Below are positions 26,642 to 36,368 of a stretch of DNA of 64,000 bases, in pieces. The notes under the pieces were generated by a model that did no database searches, was not told the DNA's origin, and saw only the letters and a list, made by a program, of their open reading frames with translations. Origin of the DNA: Candidatus Acidiferrales bacterium (GTDB lineage Bacteria > Acidobacteriota > Terriglobia > Acidiferrales > UBA7541); contig DASPUN010000016.1 of the NCBI GenBank assembly GCA_035622875.1, positions 26,706 through 90,705 of the forward strand. The letters run 5' to 3'. How positions within the stretch are numbered: the stretch's first letter is position 1; each line of letters opens with the position of its first letter. The position numbers were made by a program, and so were the translations under genes.

Positions 26642-27462
26642 GGATGGTCATCAAAATCGCTGGTGCGTTGCTCGAGCGCGATGAAGACGTGCAGATGCTC
26701 GCGCGGCAGATCGCTGAGCTTGCGCGCGCGGGACATGAACTCTTGGTCGTCCACGGAGGCGGCAAGCTCTTCACCGCCACGCTGGCGCGTATGGGCATCA
26801 CGAGCCGCTTCGTCAACGGCCTGCGCGTCACCGATCGTGAAACGCGCGACGCGGCCGTCATGGTCTTCGCTGGGTTGCTGAACAAGAAGCTTTCCGGCGC
26901 GATTTCGCTGGCTGGTCAACCGGCTGTCGGCATCAGTGCCGCCGACGCTGCTTGCTTCCTTGCTGAGCCGATGCAGATTGACGATCTCGAGGGCGGCCTC
27001 GGTTTTGTTGGCTATCTGACCGAGGTCAACGTCGATTTCCTTCGCTCGCTCTGGCGCGAGGGAATCGTTCCCGTTGCGTCCTGCATGGGCTTGGGCGCTG
27101 ACGGCGAGCTCTACAACATCAACGCCGATCACATGGCCGCCGCTGCCGCCGAATTCATTCGCGCCGATCGCCTAATTTACATGACGGATGTCGCCGGCGT
27201 TCTCGATGACGGAAAGGTTCTTCGCGCAGTCCGTGGCGCGGAGATCGAAGACCTTATTCGCCGCAACATAGTGTCGGGCGGCATGATCCTGAAACTCGAA
27301 GCCGCGAAGCGCGCTCTCGCCGGAGGCGTCGCAGAAGTCCGTATCGTCGGCGGGACGCAGCCGAAGGCCCTGCTTGCAGCTGCGGGAGGAACCCGCTGCC
27401 CGGGCACGCGCGTGCTTCCCGTGATGCGCATGAGTGCCAGGGCCGCACACGGAGCTGCGTGA
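26638..27462 (+). CDS. argB: acetylglutamate kinase
   Basis: VIKIAGALL...VVHGGG amino-acid kinase motifs. ATGA overlap with argC. Confidence 0.9.
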   Translation: MRMVIKIAGALLERDEDVQMLARQIAELARAGHELLVVHGGGKLFTATLARMGITSRFVNGLRVTDRETRDAAVMVFAGLLNKKLSGAISLAGQPAVGISAADAACFLAEPMQIDDLEGGLGFVGYLTEVNVDFLRSLWREGIVPVASCMGLGADGELYNINADHMAAAAAEFIRADRLIYMTDVAGVLDDGKVLRAVRGAEIEDLIRRNIVSGGMILKLEAAKRALAGGVAEVRIVGGTQPKALLAAAGGTRCPGTRVLPVMRMSARAAHGAA

Positions 27463-27467
27463 TCGCC

Positions 27468-28784
27468 ATGGCCAAGAAGAAATCTGCGGTATCGAAACGT
27501 GTCTCACCGGCAAGAATTGTCGCTGAAGAATCTCGCTATTTGATGAAGACCTACCGGCGGCCGTCGGTCGTTTTCACTCGCGGCCGAGGCGTGCGCCTTC
27601 ACGATTCCACCGGCCGCGCGTATCTCGATTTTCTCGGCGGTATTGCCGTCAACGCACTCGGCTACTCGCATCCGCGCATGGTCCGAGTCATTCGACGCGA
27701 GGCTGGGCGCGCCACGCACGTCTCGAATCTTTTCCACAACCCGTATCAGGCGCCGCTCGCGCATAAGCTGGCGCAGTGGTCGGGGCTCGACCGCACATTT
27801 TTCTGCAATAGCGGCAGCGAAGCGATCGAAGGCGCGCTAAAGGTTGCACGGGCCTATGCACATGCAAAGGCCGCAGCCAGCAGCGCGGCGCCTAAAACCC
27901 GCATACTCGCGCTTGAGAATTCGTTTCACGGCCGCACGATGGGCGCTCTCTCGATCACGTACACGCCCAAATATCGCGAGCCGTTTACGCCGCTTATTCC
28001 GGGTGTCGAGTTCGTTCGCTTCAACGATGTCGCCGATCTCGACGCGAAATTCGACGACGCGGTTTGTGCCGTTGTGATCGAGCCGATTCAGGGCGAGGGC
28101 GGCGTCTATCTCGTGAGCGACGAATTCTGGGAGCGCGCTCGCCTGTTGACCGCCGACCACGACTCGGCGCTCATCGCGGACGAAATTCAGTCCGGTCTCG
28201 GTCGCACGGGACGCAAGTTCGCCTACCAGAAATTCGCGTCGATGCCCGACATCGTCACCGTCGCCAAGCCGCTAGCGGGCGGCCTTCCGCTCGGCGCGTT
28301 CATTGCCAACGAGAAATTCGCTTCCGCACTTTCCCCGGGGATGCATGGCTCGACCTTTGGCGGGGGCCCGCTGGTCTGCGCCACGGCGCTCGAATTCCTC
28401 ACGATCGTCGAAGAGGAAAGCCTGCTCGCCAATGTCCGCGCTCGCGGCGTCGAGCTTCGCGTCGGCCTGGAAAAGCTCGCCACAAAATTCGACTTCATCC
28501 GCGAGATCCGCGGCGAAGGCCTAATTGTCGGCATCGACTTATCGGTCGAGGGCGCTCCGTTTGTTCAAGAAGCGCTTCGCCAGGGTCTGCTGATCAATTG
28601 CACGCATGACCATATCCTGCGGCTTCTTCCGCCGTTCATCATTCGTTCGAAAGAAGTTGCAGAATTTCTCGGAAAACTCGAAACAGTTCTGGCGCGAGGC
28701 GCCAGATCCGCAAAGATCCATCCCTCAGCGGCGCCGAAAGCGGAAGCTGCTTCCCAACCGCTCGCGCTGGCTGCCACGAGGTAA
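27468..28784 (+). CDS. argD: acetylornithine aminotransferase
   Basis: Class III aminotransferase: FCNSGSEAIEGALK, DEIQSGLGRTG, TVAKPLAGG (PLP-binding Lys). GTG 27459, which overlaps the argB stop, is an alternative start. Confidence 0.85.
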   Translation: MAKKKSAVSKRVSPARIVAEESRYLMKTYRRPSVVFTRGRGVRLHDSTGRAYLDFLGGIAVNALGYSHPRMVRVIRREAGRATHVSNLFHNPYQAPLAHKLAQWSGLDRTFFCNSGSEAIEGALKVARAYAHAKAAASSAAPKTRILALENSFHGRTMGALSITYTPKYREPFTPLIPGVEFVRFNDVADLDAKFDDAVCAVVIEPIQGEGGVYLVSDEFWERARLLTADHDSALIADEIQSGLGRTGRKFAYQKFASMPDIVTVAKPLAGGLPLGAFIANEKFASALSPGMHGSTFGGGPLVCATALEFLTIVEEESLLANVRARGVELRVGLEKLATKFDFIREIRGEGLIVGIDLSVEGAPFVQEALRQGLLINCTHDHILRLLPPFIIRSKEVAEFLGKLETVLARGARSAKIHPSAAPKAEAASQPLALAATR

Positions 28785-28786
28785 CC

Positions 28787-29728
28787 ATGAACGCCGCAAC
28801 AACCACCATCGCCCTGAAACGAGATTTTCTGACCGGCACAGAATGGAGCCCCAAACAGCTGCGCGACTTTCTGCGCCTGGCTGTGGAAATGAAAGCGCAC
28901 CGGGACCGCTACAAGAACTCGCTTGCCGGCAGCGTCTTCGTGCTGATCTTCGAAAAACCTTCACTGCGCACGCGCGTAACGTTCGAAACCGGCATCGCCA
29001 ACCTGGGAGGATCGTCGATTTTTCTCGATCACACGATGGCGCGGCTGAGCGAACGCGAGCCGGTTCACGATATCGCCCGGAATCTCGAACGCTGGGTGCA
29101 GGGCATCGTTGCTCGAGTCTTCGCGCAGGAAACGCTCGAAGAGCTCGCCGCAAATGCGAATGTGCCGGTGGTCAACGCGCTTTCGGACAAGTATCACCCC
29201 TGCCAGGCGCTCGCCGATTTTTTCACGCTCGAAGAGCGTTTCGGCAATCTGCGGGGCCTGAAATTGGCCTACGTCGGCGACGGCAACAACATGTGCCACT
29301 CGCTTCTCACCATCGGCGCGCGCGTCGGTGCGCACATCCGCGTAGCGACTCCGGCAGGCTACGAACCGGACGCCGGCGTCGTCGCCGAAGCGAAGCGCGT
29401 GGCCAAGGAAACGAAGGGCAAGATCGAAATCCTGCGTTCGCCCGAGGAAGCCGTCGCTGGCGCACAAGCCGTCTACACCGACGTTTGGGCCAGCATGGGA
29501 CAGGAAAGCGAAGCGGTCGAGCGTGAAAAAATCTTCGCCGCTTATCAAGTGAACGAAGGGTTGTTCGCGCATGCCGCGCGCGATGCCGTTTTTCTACACT
29601 GTCTGCCCGCGCACAGAGGACTTGAAGTCACAAGCGGCGTAATCGATTCGCCGCGCTCCATCATTTACGATCAGGCGGAAAACCGCCTCCACGTGCAGAA
29701 GGCTCTTCTGCATACGCTGCTCACCTGA
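28787..29728 (+). CDS. argF: ornithine carbamoyltransferase
   Basis: Carbamoyl-phosphate site SLRTR, HPCQ, ornithine site DVWASMG, and HCLPAHRG. These are canonical anabolic OTC motifs. Confidence 0.9.
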   Translation: MNAATTTIALKRDFLTGTEWSPKQLRDFLRLAVEMKAHRDRYKNSLAGSVFVLIFEKPSLRTRVTFETGIANLGGSSIFLDHTMARLSEREPVHDIARNLERWVQGIVARVFAQETLEELAANANVPVVNALSDKYHPCQALADFFTLEERFGNLRGLKLAYVGDGNNMCHSLLTIGARVGAHIRVATPAGYEPDAGVVAEAKRVAKETKGKIEILRSPEEAVAGAQAVYTDVWASMGQESEAVEREKIFAAYQVNEGLFAHAARDAVFLHCLPAHRGLEVTSGVIDSPRSIIYDQAENRLHVQKALLHTLLT

Positions 29729-29738
29729 GGAGAAACCA

Positions 29739-30935
29739 TTGCCGAAAAAAGTTGTCCTTGCATATTCCGGAGGCCTCGATACCTCCATCATCATTCCCTG
29801 GCTGAAGGAGACCTACGGCGGCTGCGAAGTGGTCGCCATGATCGGCGATCTCGGCCAGCAGGAGGATCTCGAAGCCGCGCGCAAGAAGGCCCTTGCTACG
29901 GGCGCGAGCGCTGCGTACGTCGAAGACCTGCGCGAAGAATTCATCACCGGCTACATCTGGCCTACTCTCCGCGCCGGCGCAGTCTACGAGCACAAATATC
30001 TGCTCGGTACATCATTCGCCCGCCCGCTGCTTGCCAAACGGCAGGTCGAGCTGGCGAAAAAGGTCGGCGCCGATGCTTTGGCCCACGGTTGCACGGGCAA
30101 AGGCAACGACCAGGTCCGTTTTGAACTTGCGGCCAAAGCTCTTGGACCTGAGCTGCAAATCATCGCGCCTTGGCGCGAATGGAAAATCAGTTCGCGAGAG
30201 GACGCCATCGAATACGCCCGCTCGCATAACGTGCCGATTGATCAGACCAAGAAAGACATCTACAGCCGCGACCGCAATATCTGGCACCTGAGCCACGAAG
30301 GCGGCGTGCTCGAGGATCCCGCAAACGCACCGGACGAATCGATGTGGAAGTGGATCGTTTCGCCGGCCAAGGCGCCCGACAAGCCCGCGCAAGTCGAGAT
30401 CGGTTTCGAAGCGGGCACGCCCGTGTCCGTCAACGGCAAGAAGCTTGCTCCCATCGCGCTCGTCGATCAGCTAAATGAAATCGCCGCCGCCAATGGCGTC
30501 GGCCGCATGGACATTGTCGAAAACCGCCTCGTCGGCATGAAATCCCGCGGCGCGTACGAAACGCCCGGCGGCACGTTGCTCGTCACCGCGCACCGCGAGC
30601 TCGAATCGCTCTGCCTCGACCGCGAAACGGCGCACTACCAGCAGATGCTTTCGCTCCGCTATGCCGAAATGGTTTACTACGGCATGTGGTTCACGCCTCT
30701 GCGCGAGTCGCTCGATGCGTTCTTCTCCAATTCGCAGCGCCGCGTCACCGGTTCGGTCGGCCTCTCGCTCTTCAAGGGCAACGTCAACGTTACCTCGCGC
30801 AAGTCGCCCTATTCGCTCTATCGCGCCGGCCTCGCGAGCTTCAGCATGACCGGCTACAACCCCAAGGACGCGGAAGGCTTTATCAACCTCTTCGCTCTGC
30901 CGATCACGATTCCGCACGAGGCCGCGGTGCGATGA
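29739..30935 (+). CDS. argG: argininosuccinate synthase
   Basis: [17 protein letters not shown]-loop and [16 protein letters not shown] start lies 6 nt after GAGGAG. Confidence 0.9.
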   Translation: MPKKVVLAYSGGLDTSIIIPWLKETYGGCEVVAMIGDLGQQEDLEAARKKALATGASAAYVEDLREEFITGYIWPTLRAGAVYEHKYLLGTSFARPLLAKRQVELAKKVGADALAHGCTGKGNDQVRFELAAKALGPELQIIAPWREWKISSREDAIEYARSHNVPIDQTKKDIYSRDRNIWHLSHEGGVLEDPANAPDESMWKWIVSPAKAPDKPAQVEIGFEAGTPVSVNGKKLAPIALVDQLNEIAAANGVGRMDIVENRLVGMKSRGAYETPGGTLLVTAHRELESLCLDRETAHYQQMLSLRYAEMVYYGMWFTPLRESLDAFFSNSQRRVTGSVGLSLFKGNVNVTSRKSPYSLYRAGLASFSMTGYNPKDAEGFINLFALPITIPHEAAVR

Positions 30936-32341
30936 GCGGTTCCGAGGGCCAGAAGATGTGGGGCGGCCGCTTCGAGCGCTCTCCCGACGCCTCCTTTTAC
31001 GAATTCGAGCGTTCCTGGCAATTCGATCGCCGCATGCTTCCTCAGGAGCTTGCGCTCGACCGCGCCTGGGCGCGCGCCATTGCCGCCGCAGGAATTCTCA
31101 CCGACGAGGAAGCCAAGCGCATAGTCGCGGCGCTGGATGAGATCGAAGCCCGCGCGAAATCCGACACCGCCTGGCTCGACGCGTCGAAAGCGGAAGACGT
31201 CCACCACTTCGCCGAGACTGCGCTCATCGAAAAGCTCGGTCCGCTCGGCGCCAAGCTCCACACCGGCCGCAGCCGCAACGAAATGGTTGCGACCGAATTC
31301 CGCATGTACGTGAAAGACGCCGTGCGCCAGATTCGCCGCGCTGTGGCGTCACTGATGCGTGCGGTCGCCGATCAGGCCAAACGCAACCTCGGCATTCCGA
31401 TGCCCGGGACCACGCACATGCAGCATGCGCAACCGCTGCTTCTCTCGCACTGGCTTCTTGCCCACGGCGAGGCCTTCTCCCGAGACGCTGATCGCCTGGC
31501 GGCGGTCTCAGTAAGCGCCGACGCATGTCCGCTCGGCTCCGGCGCGCTCGCTGGTTGCGCGTTTCCGCTCGACCGCGCGGCGCTGGCGCGCGATCTGGGC
31601 TTCTCGCGCATCACGGCCAACAGTCTCGACGCCGTGAGCGACCGCGACTTCGCGCTCGAGTTTCTTTTCGCACTCGCGACGCTCGCGATGCACCTCTCGC
31701 GTCTCTCAGAAGACATGATTCTTTTCGCTTCGCCCGAATTTGGGTTCGTCGAATTGCCGGACGAGTACTCGACCGGCAGCAGCCTCATGCCGCAGAAAAA
31801 AAATCCCGACTCTTGGGAGCTGACCCGCGGCAAGACAGGCCGCATCTACGGCTCGCTCGTTTCGCTTCTCACGACGGCCAAGGGCCTGCCTACGAGCTAT
31901 CAGCGCGACCTGCAGGAAGACAAAGAAGCGCTTTTTGAAGCTCACGACCAGGCGCTCGCCGTTACGCAGATCGCTGCCGCAGCCCTCGCCGCGACGAAAT
32001 TCCGCGAATCCCGTCTCCGCGAAGCGGCCCAGGATCCTGCCCTCGTCGCAACCGAGCTGGCCGATTATCTGGTCGCTAAAAGCATTCCGTTTCGCGAAGC
32101 GCACGAGATCGTCGGCAAAGTTCTCCGCGCATCCGAACAGGATGGCCAATCAATCCGCGAGATGCCCCTCGCACGCCTGAAGGAATTCTCGCCGGCATTT
32201 GGGGGGGAAGTCAGCACCGTGCTCGCGCTTGAATCGGCGCTCGCCCGGCGTGCAATCGCCGGAGGCACCGCTCCGGGAGCGGTTCGCGCCGCACTCGAAA
32301 ATTTCAGCAAGCGCGTCGCTGCGCTCGAGGAAAATCCATGA
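30932..32341 (+). CDS. argH: argininosuccinate lyase
   Basis: MWGGRFE N-terminus and fumarate-lyase signature [16 protein letters not shown] overlap with argG. The track extension to 30686 lies inside argG. Confidence 0.9.
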   Translation: MSGSEGQKMWGGRFERSPDASFYEFERSWQFDRRMLPQELALDRAWARAIAAAGILTDEEAKRIVAALDEIEARAKSDTAWLDASKAEDVHHFAETALIEKLGPLGAKLHTGRSRNEMVATEFRMYVKDAVRQIRRAVASLMRAVADQAKRNLGIPMPGTTHMQHAQPLLLSHWLLAHGEAFSRDADRLAAVSVSADACPLGSGALAGCAFPLDRAALARDLGFSRITANSLDAVSDRDFALEFLFALATLAMHLSRLSEDMILFASPEFGFVELPDEYSTGSSLMPQKKNPDSWELTRGKTGRIYGSLVSLLTTAKGLPTSYQRDLQEDKEALFEAHDQALAVTQIAAAALAATKFRESRLREAAQDPALVATELADYLVAKSIPFREAHEIVGKVLRASEQDGQSIREMPLARLKEFSPAFGGEVSTVLALESALARRAIAGGTAPGAVRAALENFSKRVAALEENP

Positions 32342-32366
32342 ATCGATCTTCCAGTCTCGAGTACAA

Positions 32367-33581
32367 ATGAACGCGCCGCTCACTCCATCCGATATTCCGG
32401 CCGGCTTCAGCTTCGCGGCCACTCATTGCGGCATCAAGCGCTCGCGCCTCGATCTGGGCATTCTCATCAGCGACGTTCCTGCCGCCGCCGCCGCGGTGTT
32501 CACCACGAACCAAATCGTGGCTGCGCCCGTGATCGCCTGCCGCGAGCACATGCAAAAATCGCGCTCCGAGATGCGCGGCGTGATCGTCAACTCCGGCAAC
32601 GCCAACTGCTGCACCAAAGAAGACGGCTATCCCGCTTCCATCGCGATGGCCGCGAAACTTGCCGAAGAGCTTGGCATCAATCGCTCGCAAATTCTCGTTT
32701 CTTCGACCGGCGTGATCGGAGCGCCGCTCCGCGTCGAGAAAATTCTCGCCGCCGTCCCGCATCTGACCCTCGTTCGCAGCTCCGAGCCCGGCGCCTTCGA
32801 GGAATTCGCCCGCGCGATTATGACCACGGACACGCGCCCGAAATGGGCAGCTGCGAAATGCCGCATCGGCGGCAAGCCTGTGCGTGTTCTTGCGTGCGCC
32901 AAAGGCTCGGGGATGATTCAGCCCAATATGGCGACGATGCTCGCCTACATCGCCACGGACGCCGCGATCCCGCCTTCCATTCTCGACCGTGCCCTTCGCG
33001 CCGCCGTCGAGCCGACTTTCAACTCCATCACCGTTGATGGCGACACCTCGACCAACGACACCGTCGCAGTGCTCGCCAACGGCCAGTGCGGAGCACCCGA
33101 AATCACGAAACCGCGCGGCGGCGACTACAAAAATTTCTGCAACGCGCTCCACAAAGTCTGCAAGTCGCTGGCGCTCGCAATCGTCGAAGACGGCGAAGGC
33201 GCCGAGCGCGTGATCGAAATCGAAGTCCGCGGCGCATCCTCCGAGCGCGCGGCTCGCCAGGTTGCTCGCACAATCGCCAATTCGCCTCTCGTGAAAACCG
33301 CTTTCGCCGGAGCCGATCCAAACTGGGGCCGCATTCTCGCCGCGGCCGGCCGCTCGGGCGTTAAATTCGATCCCTCGCGAACGACGATCAAGATCGCAGG
33401 CGTCGTCGTCTGCCGCGGCGGGCGCGAACATCCCTTCGAAGAAGCCGTCGTGCACGAAAAAATGCTCGCAAAGTACGTGCCCATCCGCGTAGATCTCGGC
33501 TCGGGCAAGGCTGCCGCGCGCTTTTGGACCTGCGACTTCACAGTCGAGTACATCCATATCAATTCCAGCTATCGCACGTAG
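32367..33581 (+). CDS. argJ: bifunctional glutamate N-acetyltransferase / amino-acid acetyltransferase
   Basis: GFSFAATHCGIK, self-cleavage site region ATMLAYIATDA, and GADPNWGRI. ATG 32367. The upstream extension in the track overlaps argH. Confidence 0.9.
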   Translation: MNAPLTPSDIPAGFSFAATHCGIKRSRLDLGILISDVPAAAAAVFTTNQIVAAPVIACREHMQKSRSEMRGVIVNSGNANCCTKEDGYPASIAMAAKLAEELGINRSQILVSSTGVIGAPLRVEKILAAVPHLTLVRSSEPGAFEEFARAIMTTDTRPKWAAAKCRIGGKPVRVLACAKGSGMIQPNMATMLAYIATDAAIPPSILDRALRAAVEPTFNSITVDGDTSTNDTVAVLANGQCGAPEITKPRGGDYKNFCNALHKVCKSLALAIVEDGEGAERVIEIEVRGASSERAARQVARTIANSPLVKTAFAGADPNWGRILAAAGRSGVKFDPSRTTIKIAGVVVCRGGREHPFEEAVVHEKMLAKYVPIRVDLGSGKAAARFWTCDFTVEYIHINSSYRT

Positions 33582-33634
33582 CCCGCGAGATCGCGGCCCG
33601 CTCTTGCCGAATCAGCCAACTGCTTCGCCGAAGG

Positions 33635-33663
33635 TTGACTGCGGAGTCCACTTGCCGCAAGAT
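33635..33663 (+). promoter_or_regulatory. possible promoter (TTGACT-17 nt-CAAGAT) giving a leader of about 130 nt for the RRM gene
   Basis: Hexamer match and spacing only. Confidence 0.25.
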
Positions 33664-33797
33664 GCTCCTGAGTTGCTGGGGTGCTCGCTCCAGCCCGGAG
33701 TCGCCGGCCATTGACGACTGCCCACGGGCCGAGATCCTGTCTCTTCAGCCTCGCATGATGTGCCCGCCCGACCCATGGCGGCACCAGGAGACGGAAC

Positions 33798-34166
33798 GTG
33801 AAGAAACTCTACGTGGGCAATCTGCCGTTCAAGGCCACTGAAGAAGACGTAGCAGCTCTTTTTGCGGAAGTGGGCGTTCAGCCGGACTCTCTCACCTTGC
33901 TTCGCGATCGGTTTACCGGCCAACCGCGCGGTTTCGGTTTCGCCGAAATTCGCGACGACGCCGAAGCCGAAAAAGTCATCGCGGCGCTCAACGGTAAGCA
34001 GTTCATGGGCCGCGCGCTTGTGGTCAATGAAGCCCGCCCGCAGCGTGAAGGTGGCGGTGGAGGCGGCGGCCGCGGAGGCCACGGTGGCGGCGGTCGTGGC
34101 GGCCACGGCGGAGGCGGACGTGGAGGCCACGGCGGCGGCCGCGGCGGCTACGATCGCGATCGGTAA
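33798..34166 (+). CDS. RNA-binding protein: RRM domain with a Gly/Arg-rich (RGG) tail
   Basis: RNP-2 LYVGNL and RNP-1 RGFGFAEI. The C-terminus is GGGGRGGHGGGGRGGHGGGGRGGHGGGRGGYDRDR. GTG start. Confidence 0.85.
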   Translation: MKKLYVGNLPFKATEEDVAALFAEVGVQPDSLTLLRDRFTGQPRGFGFAEIRDDAEAEKVIAALNGKQFMGRALVVNEARPQREGGGGGGGRGGHGGGGRGGHGGGGRGGHGGGRGGYDRDR

Positions 34167-34261
34167 TTCTGCTCTCTAAATTTCTTGGATATTTGCGGCT
34201 TCCCTGGCGATCGTGTGCGCGAGCGTCTCGCTCACGCCGTCGCCGCGCCTGTTATGTGGGT

Positions 34262-34281
34262 CGGAGCTTTAGCTCCGACAT
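34262..34281. repeat. REP-like hairpin GTCGGAGC-TTTA-GCTCCGAC (second copy at 38318-38337)
   Basis: Perfect 8-bp stem. The 23-nt core GGTCGGAGCTTnAGCTCCGACAT recurs 4 kb away. It lies between convergent genes. Confidence 0.55.
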
Positions 34282-34301
34282 GAGACTCGAAATAAAGTGG
34301 G

Positions 34302-34315
34302 GGCTTTAGCCCCTG
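34302..34315. terminator. small GC hairpin GGGGC-TTTA-GCCCC between convergent genes; possible bidirectional terminator
   Basis: 5-bp GC stem with the same TTTA loop as the neighbouring REP-like hairpin. There is no U-tract, so the function is uncertain. Confidence 0.25.
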
Positions 34316-34338
34316 AAGCCTTGCAGTTCAGCTTGCAC

Positions 34339-35592
34339 TCATGCGTTGGCCGCACGCTGCTGATCGGTAGGCATGATGGGCGTTGGCTCCGTCACCTCGA
34401 CTTTCCCGCCTTCGTACGAGAACTTCTCGAGCGTCGCGCCTCGAACACCCCGCGCCACGAGCGCCGGAATGTCGAGACCCTCTTCCGCCTTCGCCAGTCC
34501 TTCCGGCGTCGCGGAAAGTTCCGGACTTCGCGGCAAGAAAACCGGGCAGCAATCGTGGAACGGCTCGGACGAGATCTCGTACGTTCCGATCTTCCGCGCC
34601 ATCGCGAGGATTTCCATCTTGTCCATTCCCACGAGTGGACGGAAAAGCGGCATCGCCGCCGCCGCTTCCACCGCCACCAGATTGCGCAGGGTTTGCGACG
34701 CCACTTGTCCCAGGCTGTCGCCGTTCACCAGCGCGAGCGTTCGGTCGCGCCGCGCAAACACCTCGGCGATTCGCAGCATCATCCGCCGGTAGAGCAACAC
34801 GCGCACATTTTCCGGCGCGAACCGCACGATCTCCCGCTGGATCTCCTCGAACGGCACGCGATACAGCCGCGCTCGAAACTGGTAGGGCACCAGCTTCCGC
34901 ACCAATCCGCTCGCCACGTGCAGCGACGATTCTCCGGGCCTCGCACCCGTGCCGTAGAAGTGCGTGAAGCTCAAATGCGCGCCGCGCTTCATCATCAGAT
35001 ACGCTGCAACGGCCGAATCGTATCCGCCCGAGAGCAGGCACATCATTCGCCCCGCCGTATTCGCCGGCAGCCCGCCCACTCCGGCACACTTACGCGCGTA
35101 GACCAGCACGGGCCCGGGCGTTACCTCGATGTGGCAGGTCAGGTCGGGCTCTTTCAATTGCACGCGCACATCGCGGCCTTGCGCGCGAAGTTTGTCGAGC
35201 AGATGCCTCCCAACGACCGTCTCGATTTCGATTGTCCGGTGCGGAAACGATTTGTCGCTGCGCTTGGCACGCACCGCGAACGTAGCGAACTTGAGCGGCT
35301 CGACTTCCTCCCACGCCGCTCGGCAGAGCGCCTCCATATCTCGCTCGACGGGCCGCGCCACAGCGTAATTCGCCACGCCGAGCACGCGCTCGATTCGTCC
35401 AGTCGCTTCCTCAAGCGAAGCATCGGCTCCTAGCCGGACTAGGAGCCGGTCGCCCGGCTGCTCGATCCGGTCAACAGGAATGCCCTTGAGCGTCTGCCGC
35501 AGCGCCGTGAAGAGCTTTCCGAGAAAGAATCGCCGGTTGCGGCCCTTGAGCCACAGCTCGTGGTAGTGAACGACGATCACCGGACTGTTCAT
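34339..35592 (-). CDS. thiI: tRNA 4-thiouridine(8) synthase ThiI (no rhodanese domain)
   Basis: N-terminal ferredoxin-like/THUMP region and PP-loop LLSGGYDSAVAAY. At 417 aa it lacks the C-terminal rhodanese extension. Confidence 0.85.
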   Translation of the reverse strand: MNSPVIVVHYHELWLKGRNRRFFLGKLFTALRQTLKGIPVDRIEQPGDRLLVRLGADASLEEATGRIERVLGVANYAVARPVERDMEALCRAAWEEVEPLKFATFAVRAKRSDKSFPHRTIEIETVVGRHLLDKLRAQGRDVRVQLKEPDLTCHIEVTPGPVLVYARKCAGVGGLPANTAGRMMCLLSGGYDSAVAAYLMMKRGAHLSFTHFYGTGARPGESSLHVASGLVRKLVPYQFRARLYRVPFEEIQREIVRFAPENVRVLLYRRMMLRIAEVFARRDRTLALVNGDSLGQVASQTLRNLVAVEAAAAMPLFRPLVGMDKMEILAMARKIGTYEISSEPFHDCCPVFLPRSPELSATPEGLAKAEEGLDIPALVARGVRGATLEKFSYEGGKVEVTEPTPIMPTDQQRAANA

Positions 35593-35920
35593 ATTGGGTT
35601 TTCGCTGCTGATACGGCGCCGTAACATCACGCCCCTAGCCTGCGTAGAGTATAGCAGCGGCCCAGCGCCGCGCGAATTGGTGACCGGGCGGCGGCTTTAG
35701 GCGTTCGGCTGGGGCGACTCATGGCGACGTTCGTAAAGCTCGATAACTTACTGGATACAAGCGCCACTACTACGCGACTTTCCCCTCGACGCGGGGTTTA
35801 CAATCGGCAGCATTCCTCTCGCGGGGGAGCGCAAGGCGTGGCGCAGAATTTCATGCTACCGAAAGGGCTTTTCCCGCATCCAACCTACCGTTAGCGGGTG
35901 GATTGGGAAGGAAGGGCAAG

Positions 35921-36190
35921 ATGTGGAATCGGCGAGACTGGGCTCAGTTTTTCGACATTGTGAACCAGCAAACGAACAGGCGGCGCCCTCCACGCCCGCT
36001 TGATCGCTCCCAGCGCAACCGCCTCGTGCCCGCCGAAGGCTATAGCCTTGCCGAACTCGACGATGCCGGTCTGAGCGTCGAACAAGCCGAAACGCTCGGT
36101 CTGCCCGTGGACGCTGGCCGCGTCGGCTCTTACGGCCCCAATATCGCAGCCCTCCGCGAATACATCCGCGCCACCCGCGCCCGCTTCTAG
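35921..36190 (+). CDS. ribosomal protein L13e-like domain protein (89 aa)
   Basis: GYSLAELDDAGLSVEQAETLGLPVDAGRVGSYGPNIAALREYI parallels the eukaryotic/archaeal L13e core GFSLEEL..AGI....A..IGI.VD.RR...........L.EY. ATG 35921 is preceded by GGAAGGAAGGG. Confidence 0.5.
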   Translation: MWNRRDWAQFFDIVNQQTNRRRPPRPLDRSQRNRLVPAEGYSLAELDDAGLSVEQAETLGLPVDAGRVGSYGPNIAALREYIRATRARF

Positions 36191-36368
36191 CACACTTTCG
36201 GTTTTCGTGGCACCGGCACTCTTGCCTGTGCTCTTACGAAGGCGCACCACTCGCGAGCGCAGACCAAGATCGGCGCGGCACCGCAAGCTGCGTGTTCCTC
36301 TTTCTCGTTGCAGCCCGCCCGATTACCCCTTACTTTAGTGGTTTATCCCACCACCAGAGGACACTGCC

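Noticed and set aside
30686-32366. Long N-terminal extensions of the argH (30686) and argJ (32199) ORFs
   Set aside because: The extensions overlap the preceding arg genes in other frames. Conserved N-termini (MWGGRFE; GFSFAATHCGIK) begin at ATG 30932 and ATG 32367.
32304-33557. 417-aa minus-strand ORF opposite argJ
   Set aside because: Typical high-GC antisense shadow (Arg/Ala/Gly-rich). The plus strand encodes a full-length ArgJ with all its motifs.
34059-34163. Tandem DNA repeat / VNTR as a non-coding feature
   Set aside because: The reiterated GGCGGCCACGG-type units lie in frame inside the RRM gene and encode its RGG/GGH tail. I report it as a coding low-complexity region instead.
34297-35433. 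378-aa plus-strand ORF opposite thiI
   Set aside because: Arg/His-rich with no motifs. The minus strand encodes ThiI with THUMP and PP-loop motifs.
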